From assembly GCA_965219415.1 (NCBI GenBank), contig CBDCNP010000002.1, forward strand, positions 3,424,001 through 3,488,000: DNA of 64,000 nucleotides, given 5' to 3'. A model generated the notes under the pieces. It did not search any database, was not told the DNA's origin, and saw only the letters and a list, made by a program, of their open reading frames with translations. The DNA is from Candidatus Marinacidobacterales bacterium. Lineage in GTDB: Bacteria; Acidobacteriota; Vicinamibacteria; Marinacidobacterales; DATDRI01. Below, one piece after another: positions 10,464-21,248 of the stretch (position 1 is the first letter of the stretch; each line of letters begins with the position of its first letter). The position numbers and the translations under genes are program-made.

Positions 10464-10894
10464 TGCGCTTGGTCGTGGACGCCAGCGTTGCGGTCAAGTG
10501 GCTGGTCGAGGAAGAGGGATCAGCATCGGCGGAGCGGCTGCTCGAAGGCGACCATGACCTGCACGCACCGCGCCTGATGGTATCTGAGATCGCCAATGCG
10601 CTGTGGCGCAAGGCCCGGCTGGGCGAGATTGGGCACGGCGAGGCCGGGGTGCTAGCTGCTGCCGTTCGTGAAATGCCGATCCGCTGGTCCGATGACGAGC
10701 TCATTTGTGCGGACGCGGTCCGCCTTGCACTTGCGCTCGACAGGCCGGTCTACGATTGCGTTTACTTGGCGCTCGCGCATCGCATCGGCGCCACGCTGGT
10801 GACGGCTGATACGCGCTTCGCGAATGCCGTGGCAGCGACCGAGCACGGCGGCGCGGTGGCGATTCTAGAGGACTTGGTGATGGGTCCAGAGTGA
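10463..10894 (+). CDS. vapC: VapC/FitB PIN-domain toxin
   Basis: LVVDASVAVKW, EIANALW, VYDCVYLALA, LVTAD acidic PIN motifs. Confidence 0.92.
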   Translation: MRLVVDASVAVKWLVEEEGSASAERLLEGDHDLHAPRLMVSEIANALWRKARLGEIGHGEAGVLAAAVREMPIRWSDDELICADAVRLALALDRPVYDCVYLALAHRIGATLVTADTRFANAVAATEHGGAVAILEDLVMGPE

Positions 10895-10942
10895 TGGCCG
10901 ACGCGGCGACGATTGATTCCGCATGCCGGAAACGGCGGAGAA

Positions 10943-11042
10943 ATGACCAAGACACCCGAACAGAGAGCACAGTCCGGCATCGATGCTAGCCTAAACGCAG
11001 CTGGTTGGTCCGTTCAGGACCGCGAGGATATCGACCTTACCG
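10943..11042 (+). pseudogene. Type I restriction enzyme R subunit, extreme N-terminus
   Basis: TPEQRAQSGIDASLNAAGWSVQD resembles EcoEI-type HsdR starts; cut at the family B end at 11043. Confidence 0.65.
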
Positions 11043-11426
11043 CGTCCTGTGCCAAAACTCGGCTGTCCATCATCATTATTTGTCCGGGACTGGACTCTAG
11101 GCCCGGACCGCCCTCGAGCACATGCTGGAGAGCGTGGTCAGCGCGCGAGAGAAGGTGCTGAGGACGAACTTCTCGGCGACCAGCCAAGTAACGCGAGCGA
11201 CCAAGCTGACTCAGGCTGCCTCTCGCCACTCGTATCGATGGTGCAATCCCGTCCTGTGCCAAAACTCGGCCCTTTTGAAATAGCCCATAAATCAGCAACT
11301 TAGAGTCTGGTTTGCGGTCGTGCCCAGGGCCGAGCACGAACAAACGACGAAATCATGCAGGCATAGTCCCGGCAGATCGGAGACCGATCAGGTTCGGGGC
11401 GCGCGGATGAATAAATAGAAGGCACA
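11043..11426 (-). mobile_element. 21-bp family B end + family E right end (11064-11249) + family B MITE type 2 (11250-11426)
   Basis: Direct matches to repeats at 16295, 30185 and 39129. Confidence 0.85.
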
Positions 11427-11490
11427 ACCCGCTAAACAACCTCGATAGAAGTAGAATCAAAGATTCTTAGACGAAAGGCGGTACAATCAA

Positions 11491-11850
11491 ATGACAACCG
11501 AGAAACGAGACGACGGCGGCCACGTGTTCCCCGCTGGCCCATCCAGGGGAATCACGCTTAGAGACTGGCTCGCCGGCCAGGCGATCGGCGGCTTGGTGGG
11601 GCGCTATGGGGGTATTCACGTCGAGAGGATGACCGAGATAGCCTATGCGATAGCCGACGCGGCAATCGAAAGGCGCAAGGCCGCGCCCGGAAGCGGAAGC
11701 GCCGAGGCAACCGAGGCCGCGGCGGCCGAGGCGACCGCCCAACAGAGAAGCCCAGTATCGGAGGAGGATATTGATAGACTCAAAGATGAACTTGCAGGCG
11801 CGGAGGCGGCGCTCCTCGAACAAGAGGAACCATCCGGCGATATCGTCTAG
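11491..11850 (+). CDS. Phage-like hypothetical protein
   Basis: DGGHVFP...GITLRDWLAGQAIGGL...AYAIADAAIERR pattern recalled from small tailed-phage proteins. Confidence 0.6.
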   Translation: MTTEKRDDGGHVFPAGPSRGITLRDWLAGQAIGGLVGRYGGIHVERMTEIAYAIADAAIERRKAAPGSGSAEATEAAAAEATAQQRSPVSEEDIDRLKDELAGAEAALLEQEEPSGDIV

Positions 11851-12057
11851 GCCCACGCCCACGGTCGGAGCCCAAGGCTCCGAGACAATCAGAATCCGGG
11901 AGTACCTCGCCACGGCTTTTAGGTTTGACATTTTTCGGGGTTGTGCGGTAGGCTTCAATTCGTTGGCTCCTTGTTAGGTTTGGCTTCCTTGGCTAGGGGT
12001 TGACATGCTCAGCACACACACTCGATTCGCCACCATCGACGAATTGATTGAGAGCCG

Positions 12058-12094
12058 CGAAAAGCCCGGCCTCTGCTGGGCTTTTCGTGTTTCT
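12058..12094. terminator. Intrinsic terminator-like hairpin, possibly bidirectional
   Basis: cgaaaagcccggc-ctct-gctgggcttttcg followed by tgtttct. Confidence 0.65.
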
Positions 12095-12167
12095 GCGTCA
12101 CTTTCATAGTCGGAGCAATCCTACCACCCGACCGAGCGGCCGGACCGGTTTTTCTTAACTCGGAACC

Positions 12168-13367
12168 CGTGAGGTCAAAATACTCATGCGGCTTCCCGAT
12201 GGTAGAAACGTAGCAACCCGCCAAGCCGTTCACGGGAGCGTACCTTGCGCTCGGACTGAGGTAACTGGTCGCTGGCTGGGAACAGCAGCAGATTCTCCTT
12301 GCCTTGATGATTCCTCTCGTGGTGATAGTAGACGACGTACTCCCTAAGCGCATGACGGAGCGACTTCTCGCCGAACAGGATGAGCTTCGAGAGACATTCC
12401 TCTTTGACTGACTTCACCCAGCGCTCCGCGAACGAGTTCAAATCCGGGCTCCGTGCGGGCAGCTTGACGGGCGCGACGCCAACCGCCTCGATGGTCCGGT
12501 GGAACGACTCGCAGAACTTCGAGTCCCGGTCGTGAATGAGATATCGGCTTGAGGACAGAAAGCCGACATCTGCCATGGTCACGTTGCGAGCCACTTGAGT
12601 CATCCACTGTTCGTTCGGATGCGGCGTGATGCCGGCGACGTGGACTCGACGGGTAGCCAGGTGCATGAAGAACAGAACGTAGTACGTCACCAACCCGCCC
12701 TGAGTCCACACTTGCGTGGTGAAGAAATCTGTCGACGCGAGCACGTCCATGTGCGAGCGGATGAACTCCCTCCACGTCGTGGTCTTCCCACGCTCTGGTG
12801 CGAGCGGAATGCCGTGGCGTTTCAGAATGTTACCGACGGTTTGGTCGGCCACTTCATGCCCGACGTTGGCTAGCGCCCCCGCAATCCGGTCGTAACCCCA
12901 GGACTTGTTCTCCTTGGCGAGACGCACCACCAGCTCTTCGATGTCGGCGTCGACCCGCGGTCGCCCTGGATACGGACGGTTCTTGGAGCTATCGAACTTC
13001 TTCGCGACAAGCCTCCGGTGCCAACCTAGGATCGTGTCGGGGTTCACGATACTCGCGATCTCATCAAGGGCTTGCTTACCCAGACGCTTTCCGAGCTCGG
13101 CCAGAGACTGCCGTTCGCCATCGGTCAGGCGCAAGCGACCCTGGATCTGATTTCGAAGAACTCGATTCTCGGCCACAAGATACTCGTTGCGCAGGAGCAA
13201 CTCCTCATCCACGGATCCTGAGATGTAGCTCAGCATGGTCTTCCAGTCCATCGCAACTCCTTCCGCTGAACTGGAATACGTATCCGACAGCGATGGCGGA
13301 TTCAAGCGGCCTTTGGGGAAGGTGCAAACTGCTGACCCGCTAGGCGTTCGAGTATTTTGACCAGACG
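12168..13367 (-). mobile_element. Family C IS481-like element, full length, adjoining a family B 5' end
   Basis: IRs cgtgaggtcaaaatactc / cgtctggtcaaaatactc; 1200 bp; near-identical to 24612 and 47960 copies. Confidence 0.9.
12184..13251 (-). CDS. Integrase core (rve) DDE transposase, family C, 355 aa
   Basis: [53 protein letters not shown]. Confidence 0.93.
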   Translation of the reverse strand: MDWKTMLSYISGSVDEELLLRNEYLVAENRVLRNQIQGRLRLTDGERQSLAELGKRLGKQALDEIASIVNPDTILGWHRRLVAKKFDSSKNRPYPGRPRVDADIEELVVRLAKENKSWGYDRIAGALANVGHEVADQTVGNILKRHGIPLAPERGKTTTWREFIRSHMDVLASTDFFTTQVWTQGGLVTYYVLFFMHLATRRVHVAGITPHPNEQWMTQVARNVTMADVGFLSSSRYLIHDRDSKFCESFHRTIEAVGVAPVKLPARSPDLNSFAERWVKSVKEECLSKLILFGEKSLRHALREYVVYYHHERNHQGKENLLLFPASDQLPQSERKVRSRERLGGLLRFYHREAA

Positions 13368-13594
13368 GGTTCACCCAAAACCCGCGGTCGACATTCGAGA
13401 GCCGCGGCCGTTTCACCGAACGGCGGAGGACGGCAAGCTGCTGCCGAAGAGCGACTTTCTCGAGAGCCAGTTCGCGACGAGCCTTAAAAGCAGAGATGAG
13501 AGCGGAAACCAACGAGGAAATCATGCCGGCATGGTGCCGGCAGACCGGAGATTAATCAAGTTCGGGGCGCGCGGATGAATAAATAGAAGGCACA
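13368..13594 (-). mobile_element. Family B element left end and transposase 5' fragment
   Basis: tgtgccttctatttattc terminus at 13594; MISSLVSALISAFKARRELALEKVALRQQLAVLRR from 13524. Confidence 0.8.
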
Positions 13595-13670
13595 GCTGGC
13601 CGCCAACACTTAATTGCGGAAGCACCTGTCATATCATGTTGCTTAACCTTCTGATTGTAAGGAGTGCCTG

Positions 13671-14640
13671 ATGTCGGATGAACGCTTGGCAGACCTGCAC
13701 CTCCGTCAGCTGTGGCTTGTCCTGGCCATCGTCGTTGCCGGCTCTTTCGGAGCCTTGCTTTACTACGGAGGTGAGATTTACCAGGAAGCGCCTCCCATAC
13801 CCGACCGGATTGTTGCAACCGACGGGCAGTTGCTCTTCACGGGTGAGCAGATTCTAGCCGGTCAGGACGTCTGGAGATCGATAGGAGGGCAGGAGCTGGG
13901 TTCGATCTGGGGCCATGGCGCCTACACGGCACCCGACTGGACGGCCGACTGGCTCCATCGTGAGGCCACATGGATTCTGAACGAGTGGGCGACGCGCGAA
14001 TTCGATCAGGCTTATGAGGAACTGGACCGGGAACGGCAGGCTGCGCTTCGGGCACGACTGGAGACTGAGTTCAGAACCAACACGTACGATCCCACTACGC
14101 AGACAATAGAGGTGTCGACACTTCGGGCGGAGGCCATCCGCACGGTTCAACGCCACTATACGGGCCTCTTTGGCAGTGACCCCGAGCTGGATACGCTTCG
14201 CGAGAGCTATGCGATGACGACCGACACCGTACAGGGCGACACGCGCCGGAGCAATCTCACGGCTTTCGTTTTCTGGGCGACATGGGCCTGCGGGACCAAC
14301 CGACCCGGCCGCGACATTACGTACACGAACAACTGGCCGCCGGAAGAGCTTATTGGGAACCGGCCGACTGGCCTGATCGTCGTGGTGTCGGTCGGCAGTT
14401 TCGTCCTGCTTTTGGGCGGGATCGGTGCGCTGGCCTGGTTCTATGCAGCAACCCGGGGCGCATGGGCCAGCGCACACGCGGCGGTGCCGGAAGATCCGCT
14501 GATTGGTATCCAGCCCACACCGTCGATGCAGGCGACGGCCAAGTATTTCTGGCTTGTTGGCGGACTGCTCCTTGTACAGATGGCGTCCGGCGTGGCCGCC
14601 GCCCACTATGGAGTAGAGGGCACGGCATTCTATGGGATCC
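13671..14640 (+). pseudogene. Quinol-dependent nitric oxide reductase (qNor), 5' fragment
   Basis: GSIWGHGAYTAPDWTADWLHRE, YTNNWP, PTPSMQATAKYF, AHYGVEG; cut at the family C end at 14641. Confidence 0.92.
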
Positions 14641-14899
14641 CGTCTGGTCAAAATACTCGAACGCATTGCGGGTCAGCAGTTTGCACCTTTCCAAGGGCCG
14701 CTTGAATCCGCCATGCGCTTAGGGAGTACGTCGTCTACCATCACCACGAGAGGAATCATCAAGGCAAGGAGAATCTGCTGCTGTTCCCAGCCAGCGACCA
14801 GTTACCTCAGTCCGAGCGCAAAGGTGCGCTCCCGTGAACGGCTTGGCGGGTTGCTACGTTTCTACCATCGGAAAGCCGCATGAGTATTCTGACCTCACA
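14641..14899 (+). mobile_element. Internally deleted family C element (MITE-like)
   Basis: Both C termini with only the last ~55 codons; same deletion junction as 22428-22684. Confidence 0.85.
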
Positions 14900-14997
14900 A
14901 CCTCTAATCCGAAACATCCCTTGACATGGAAGGGACAGCCGACAGCGCACCGAGCGAGGCGCTGCGCGCGAACCTGGAATGAGCACGCGCTAATGCA

Positions 14998-16203
14998 CTA
15001 TGCTCTCCATCGCCTCGTCGCCGTCAGCCAGAGCAGAGAGATGAGCTCGACCGCCAAGACGGTGAAGAAGGCCGCGCGGTAGCCTGCAGGTGCAAAGCCG
15101 TCCTCGAGCCCTGCGGACCAGCGCTCGATGATCGCGCCAATGCCGGACTGTGAGGCGAAGGCGGCGAGACAGATGAGCAGGTTCAAGCTCGTGTTGACCC
15201 GGCCGGATAGAGTGACGGCGAAGCGGCGGGTCAAGATGACGAAACTGAGCACACCGGACGCTCCGAAAAAGCCGAATAGAAGCCACAGCCCTCTTGCGGC
15301 AGCGCTCCAGTGGGACAGGATGCCGAGCTGAACCACCAGAAATGCGAGGTTCGCGACCACGAGCAAGGAAAGGATCGAGAAGCCCTTCTTTGCGCAGAGC
15401 TCACCCAAACGTCCGAACGCCAGGTAGCCAAGGGCCATACCCATCGCCATCGTCATCAAAACGCTAGCAACTTGAACTCGATCGAGGCCGGCCACATCGC
15501 GGAGCCACGGGCCGGCCCACAGGCTTTGAATCGAGAGATAGGCCGCCTCCTGGGCGACCGAGAAGGGTGCGATGCTCCAGAAGACGCGGCTCGTGAGGAT
15601 CGATTTCACTCCCTGGAGTGATTCGCCGAGGTCGGGGACGTGCGATGGCACCTTCTTCTCGGGCACCGTAACGAACAATAACCCGGCCGCTCCCAGTGTC
15701 ACGACACCCAGAGTAAGGAAGAGGCCACGCCAGTCCATGAAGCGAAGGGCCCACTCGACTGGCAGAGTGGCAGCCAGAGCGCCCGCCGAACCGACCGCCA
15801 TGACGGCGCCGTTCAGGAAAGGGACGCGGTGCGAGGGTGCCCAGACGACAAATGCCTTGAACGACGCTACGAGACAGGCGGCCATCCCGAAACCGATGAG
15901 CGCCCGTCCGAGTATCAGACCCGTCGGGCTCGCGGCTCTAGAGAACACGAATGCGCCGCCGGCGGCCACAACAAGAAGGGCCGCTTCGGTTCGGCGAGTG
16001 CCCCACCGGTCGAGCGCGACACCAATGGGAAGTTGCGAGACGGCGAAAGCGAAAAAGAAGACGCTGGTGAGAAAACCGATCATCCAGGCATTCAGCCCCA
16101 TCGTTTCGATGAGATTCGGTGCCGCGATCGCGTTCACCGAGCGAAAGACGTGCGACAAGAAATAGCCGGCAGCGAACGGGAGAAAGACGCGGAAAACGGA
16201 CAT
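14998..16203 (-). CDS. MFS transporter (5' end abuts an IS fragment)
   Basis: About 12 hydrophobic segments; GVALDRWGTRR motif A, GRALIGFG motif B. Confidence 0.9.
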   Translation of the reverse strand: MSVFRVFLPFAAGYFLSHVFRSVNAIAAPNLIETMGLNAWMIGFLTSVFFFAFAVSQLPIGVALDRWGTRRTEAALLVVAAGGAFVFSRAASPTGLILGRALIGFGMAACLVASFKAFVVWAPSHRVPFLNGAVMAVGSAGALAATLPVEWALRFMDWRGLFLTLGVVTLGAAGLLFVTVPEKKVPSHVPDLGESLQGVKSILTSRVFWSIAPFSVAQEAAYLSIQSLWAGPWLRDVAGLDRVQVASVLMTMAMGMALGYLAFGRLGELCAKKGFSILSLLVVANLAFLVVQLGILSHWSAAARGLWLLFGFFGASGVLSFVILTRRFAVTLSGRVNTSLNLLICLAAFASQSGIGAIIERWSAGLEDGFAPAGYRAAFFTVLAVELISLLWLTATRRWRA

Positions 16204-16294
16204 TCGATTCTCGAACATCATTATCATGGAGAGCGCAATCATCAAGGGCTGAGGAACGCGTTGATCGAAGCGGAACAATGCATCGGCAGTCCCC

Positions 16295-17573
16295 TGTCCA
16301 TCATCATTATTTGTCCGGGACTGGACTCTAGGCCCGGACTGCCCTCGAGCACATGCTGGTCAGCGCGCGAGGGAAGGTGCTGAGGACGAACTTCTCGGCG
16401 ACCAGCCGAGTAACGCGAGCGACCAAGCTGACTCAGGCTGCCTCTCGCCACTCGTGTCGATGGTGCAATCCACCGACTCGCGGCAGTGCGACGACTTTCG
16501 CCGTAGGAGACGGTCGGTGCGTGACCGCTCTCAAGCTCGGTGTGTCCTTGTTCAGCCCCAAGTGGCAACGGTCCTCGTGATAGTAGCTGATGTAAGCTCG
16601 TACGAGCCGGATGAGATGACATGCGCCGAGAACCACGACGTGCTCAAGGAGCTCGCGACGGCAGCTGCCGACCCACCGCTCCGCGGTTCCGTTTTGCCAT
16701 GGGCTGCGAAACGAAGTGCGAACGGGTTTTGTGCCCGTTGCCTTGATGAACTCGATGACCGCAGTGTTAAAGATGAAGTCGCGATCGAAGATGAGATATT
16801 TCGGAGCGGTGTCGTAGGGAAACGCCTCACGCAGTTGCTGAAATAACCCAAGCAGACGTCGGGTGGAACGTGGCGTTGAAGTGAACGATGTGCCGACGGC
16901 CGTGCTCGATGACGAAGAAGCCGTACAGCAGCCGGAGCGAAGCGGTGGGCACGGTGAACAGATCCATGGCGGCGATATCGTCTTTATGGTTGCGCAAGAA
17001 AGCCATCCATCGCTTCAGCTGGTCGGGCTCCGCGGGATGCCGCGGCAGGTATCGCGACACCCCGTAATCTCGGAGATGATGAAACCGAGCTTGGTGAGCT
17101 CAGCATGGATGCGTGGCGCCCCCCAGCCGTCTTGCGCCATCGTGCGGACGAGGCGGCGAATCTCGGCATCAATCCGAGGCCGACCGGGATGGCGGTGCTG
17201 CGACATCTTTGCCCAGTACCGTCGGAATCGGTCGCGATGCCAACGGGCCACGGTGTCCGCGTGGACGATGAGCAGGCGGCTCGCCCACACGGGCCACGAA
17301 CCTCGAAGAGCAACCCAGAAAGCCCGTTCCGTGTCTTCGAGCGGTGGGCGTGGGCGCTCTTTCTTCAGCGCCGTCACTTGCTGCCGCAAAGCGACGTTCT
17401 CCAACACCAGGTCGGCGCGGCGCCGACACATCGCCCGAATGACACGGACGCCAAGTGAGACGAGGAAGACAACAACGTCGAGCATAGCGGCGGAGTTTCG
17501 CCGTCTTCGGCCCGGAATTCAAGCGGAGCGTAAGTCCTTGATTTCGTGGGCGGAGCAGTTTTGACGATGCACA
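16295..17573 (-). mobile_element. Family E IS481-like element, full length, transposase disrupted
   Basis: Ends tgtccatcatca / tgtgcatcgtca; ORF pieces MLDVVVFLV (17485)...WGAPRIHAEL...DLFTV...RVGGLHHRHEWREAA (16433) split across frames. Confidence 0.88.
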
Positions 17574-17766
17574 GCCGAGTTTTGGCACAGGACGGGGTGT
17601 CGGAGAATTTCTCGACTTGTACACGTCGCGGACAACTATCAAACGGTCGAATCTCGTCCTCGTTGCATCCCTCGTGTTGAATCGGACTATAGCAACGCTT
17701 GATGGCAGAAACACCAGCCGGCGGCGGCAATCCTGCGGTGAATGTTCATGGGCGGCAACGCACCAG

Positions 17767-18513
17767 CTACAGTTCTCGCAAACGCGCTTGGATAATGTCG
17801 TCCTCGAACGTCTTGATCCCGTGCGCCCTGTTTTTGTAGAAGTAGTCGACGGAATTCCTTCCGTTGGGACTATTCCATGCGTCGGCGATTTGTTGGGCCG
17901 AAGGATAGTGTCCACCAACGATCGTCGGATTCGTTGCTGTTGCAAGCAGCAGATCGACCCCAAGACCCGAACGGTCCTCAGATTCCGGCCAGGGAATCCT
18001 CAGGAAGCCGGACTCGTCGACTACAACGTCCTCGTCGGCAGCCGAGTTCAGTTGTCCATAGTACGGTTCACGAGAGACCTGGTCGGTCCAACCTGTGCAC
18101 AGCTCACGCACGTCATCCAGGTCGGTGCAATTCGGATTCACCAGTAGCGCAACGCACCCCCAGTTGGCTGACAGACCCTCTCGAGCACCTAGTTCCGCTT
18201 TCTTCTCGGCTGCCCAGAGAAGCTCGGCTTCGAGGATGAGATCGTCTATGTCTTTCACGCGCTGCTTACACGGCACGACGATCGCTCGGCCGAACTGTTC
18301 CCCGTCGAGACCCAAGGAGAAGACCATCGTGTAGGAGCGTCCTCGTGTACTGGACCGTCGTCCGTAGCGGATCGGCGCTCGGACGAATCGCTCTCCGTTC
18401 GGATTGAGACGGTTGGCACGCCATTCCTTCCTGGCAGGGTCCCAGTAAAGCGACCCGATAATCAGCACACCCACGGAGAGTACGTTTCGCGCTCCATCTT
18501 GTGATTCACTCAT
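17767..18513 (-). CDS. Hypothetical protein, possible gamma-glutamylcyclotransferase/ChaC-like fold
   Basis: Clean 248-aa ORF overlapping the upstream stop; N-terminal VLIIGSLYWD resembles the GGCT YGSL motif (weak). Confidence 0.55.
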   Translation of the reverse strand: MSESQDGARNVLSVGVLIIGSLYWDPARKEWRANRLNPNGERFVRAPIRYGRRSSTRGRSYTMVFSLGLDGEQFGRAIVVPCKQRVKDIDDLILEAELLWAAEKKAELGAREGLSANWGCVALLVNPNCTDLDDVRELCTGWTDQVSREPYYGQLNSAADEDVVVDESGFLRIPWPESEDRSGLGVDLLLATATNPTIVGGHYPSAQQIADAWNSPNGRNSVDYFYKNRAHGIKTFEDDIIQARLREL

Positions 18514-19339
18514 TCGTTATCCTCGGATGTACGGCGATCCAACCTTCGCGTTCAGCAGCTGTGGGATCGTCAACGACTGCGAGGCCATCAACCGCAGCCT
18601 TCGCCGAAACCAGGCAGAGCACCGCGTCAAGTGCATCAGCGCTGTCTTGGCAGAGCGCCCGCAAGTCGCCGGGAATCTGGATACGTGGCAAGATCGCATC
18701 GAGGATAGTCGCTCGTGCGCCCTTACCGTCCGGTCCGTCATACCCCACGTGCGGTAGATTCCAGTAATGTAGCTGGCCCGCCGGGAAGGACTCAACGAGG
18801 AGACCCGAAACGGCACGGGACCAAGGCCAAACTGGTCGTCTTACCTTGGCGAGGAGTGTAAGGCTGGCTACCGTGAAGGGTGCCCCGCCGCGAGGACCGT
18901 TCCACAAGGTCGACCGGACATTAACGCCTCTTTTTCTCCAGAACTGCTCCGTCTTACGCATTGGCTTTCGCTCTTCAAGAGAGGCGTTCGCTTCCCCGTA
19001 GGCGACCAGCTCCTTCCCTTCGGCGAACGGGCGATTCCCCGTCTGGAACTTTGCAACATCCTGCAGCAGCATCGGAAACCCGCCCGCTGGCATGTGACGG
19101 GCCGGAAGAGCGAAGGGTGCGTCAATCCCTGCTGCGCAGTATTCGCCTCTAAAGAGCAATGTCACTAGCCGCTGGAATGGATGTGATCCGCCCGGTAGAT
19201 CCTGAACGGGTTGCAGCTCCACTACCTCCATGAGCTCCTCGTGTACCTGCGCTGTTGAGACCCAGACGTTTGAGCCCCGAACGCCTGGCCTCCACATCTG
19301 TACGTCTCCGGAAAAATCGATGCCGTGTATGAAAGCCAC
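18506..19339 (-). CDS. DUF429 family RNase H-like protein
   Basis: GIDFSG, AGIDAPF, RKTE, LVESFPAG, DALDAVLC, EGWI. Confidence 0.8.
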   Translation of the reverse strand: MAFIHGIDFSGDVQMWRPGVRGSNVWVSTAQVHEELMEVVELQPVQDLPGGSHPFQRLVTLLFRGEYCAAGIDAPFALPARHMPAGGFPMLLQDVAKFQTGNRPFAEGKELVAYGEANASLEERKPMRKTEQFWRKRGVNVRSTLWNGPRGGAPFTVASLTLLAKVRRPVWPWSRAVSGLLVESFPAGQLHYWNLPHVGYDGPDGKGARATILDAILPRIQIPGDLRALCQDSADALDAVLCLVSAKAAVDGLAVVDDPTAAEREGWIAVHPRITNE

Positions 19340-19792
19340 ATTCCCCCCGCGTCGATTCTACGCTGCCGGTCCGTCGGAATCCTTAATCTGTTGTGTAGGA
19401 CAACGCCTCGATTCTGACCATTCTACTTTAGGGCCGGGGTCGGAGAGAAGTGCTCGCTCATCGATCGACAGATGCTTCCCGTGGGAGACACGCCGTCCTG
19501 TGCCAAAACTCGGCCCTTTTGAAATAGGCCATGAAATCGGCAGCTTAGTGTCTGTGTTTTGCGACCGGGCCAAGGGCCGTAGGCTTTACAATCGCGTCGT
19601 GTGCAAAAGTACAAATGCGTTGCCAAGCCCTTAATGGTTGCGCTCTCCATGATAATGACAGATGAACTCGGCGACGGCCTAGCGCGTGGGTCTTAGAGTT
19701 CGTTTGTATTTTTGGACACGACCACCGCACCATAAGCCCATGATACGCTTCGCTAACCCATCGAACTGTTTCTCCGAGGAGACTGAACCTAT

Positions 19793-20233
19793 ATGTCCGT
19801 CGAAAAACCTGATTACGATGATGCCGATATCGTTCTACGTATCTACGAAATGCGCAGGGAGACCAAGACTCGCCAGGCCCGTGACTTACTGAATTTCGAG
19901 TTCTGGCCGAAGAGCTATGACGATGTCAAGGCCGTCCAGCAAGCCGATCATCCGATGAACTTTGCCTGGCGCCAGTTAAGTGGGTACTGGGAAATGGTTT
20001 TCTCAATGGCTCGCAATGGAATCGTTAACGCCGACTTCCTGACAGAAAACAACGGAGAGGGTTTGTTTTTCTTTGCAAAGATAGCACCTTACCTCGAAGA
20101 TATCCGGCGTGACGGCTCTGCAAACGCATTCAAGAACGTTGAGTGGGCCACGACAGCGAGCAAAACCGGTCGGAACATGTTTGCCTACACTCAGGAGGTC
20201 GTGAAAAAGCGGACTGATTCTCAGCAAACGTGA
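19793..20233 (+). CDS. Conserved hypothetical protein (DUF4760-like)
   Basis: DADIVLRIYEMRRE...R.AR, WRQLSGYWEM; RBS gagga. Confidence 0.6.
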   Translation: MSVEKPDYDDADIVLRIYEMRRETKTRQARDLLNFEFWPKSYDDVKAVQQADHPMNFAWRQLSGYWEMVFSMARNGIVNADFLTENNGEGLFFFAKIAPYLEDIRRDGSANAFKNVEWATTASKTGRNMFAYTQEVVKKRTDSQQT

Positions 20234-20616
20234 GGTCTGGTTGTTGTCGTCGACCAGCCACCTATCAGGTGGAGATCGCGATCCGACGGTGCTTCTACCA
20301 TCAGAGTTTTGGCACAGGACGCCCAAGCGGCAATGCCCGTTCTCGGGTTGTTTGCGGGAGGGGGCGAAATCCTACGCGAAGCGGGTGCCCGCCCAACGGC
20401 GCGGTCTTCCGGTTCAGGCGCCGAGGACCTTCTGGCCCTGCGTGCCTGATCTCACCCTCCCAGGATGGTACCCTTGCATTGGTATGATGGAGTCCATATA
20501 GAAGGGATACACCGCCCTCCGGCCTCACGTCGTGGTAGAAGTCGACGCCGGGAAGAGCAAGTCCATCAGGGAAGGACCCCCCACATGTATCATGTCGGCA
20601 CGGAGGAACTGAACCC

Positions 20617-21248
20617 GTGTACGTGCTAGTTGCCAAGATCCTCGCACCAGTAGTTGTGTTTTGCACGACAGTTGTCAGCGAGTGGAGCAGACTCCGCGAC
20701 GCGAGTACGCGGCGGCAAGCTACACGCCGCGTGACTATGGGCGCCGCCGTGGCTGTGGCGGTCTCTGCCGGACTAGTAGTCGATCACGGGAATCAAACCG
20801 CGGCTGTCGCAACCGCCCAGGAGGATGCCGCGGAAGCGCAGGCGGCGCGGCAGAGTATCCAAGAGTCGCTAGATGAACAGGATACGGACCTCTCGGCGGC
20901 CCGGGGGGAGCTCTCAGAAACGCAGGAGTCACTCAGTCGCCTCGAAGGCTGGGCGGAAGAAGCCGTGGCCCTCATGCGGGAGCGGGATCCGAGCCTTACA
21001 CAACAGGAGGCGTTGGCTCGCATCGTCGAAGAACTACGCGAGCTGCGGGAGCGATCCGCCGATCATGAGGACCAGCTCACCGGTCTAAAGAGTTATGGCG
21101 ATATGGCCCGGCTGAACCCCGCAGGCCTTACAGGTATAGCGCGCCCTGGCTCGGGCTTCAGCGAGTCTAGCGACCTGTCTCGCTCCCTAGAAGGAGCCTG
21201 GGATGTGGACGACGACGACATCCACGCTGCGCGCTGCGATCAAGCGGC
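20617..21248 (+). pseudogene. Membrane-anchored coiled-coil protein, 3' truncated
   Basis: Two hydrophobic segments then heptad-rich region; runs into the family E end at 21249. Confidence 0.5.

Noticed and set aside
20322-20616. Structured ncRNA or riboswitch in a GC-rich intergenic stretch
   Set aside because: No recognisable conserved motif or terminator; could not be supported by eye
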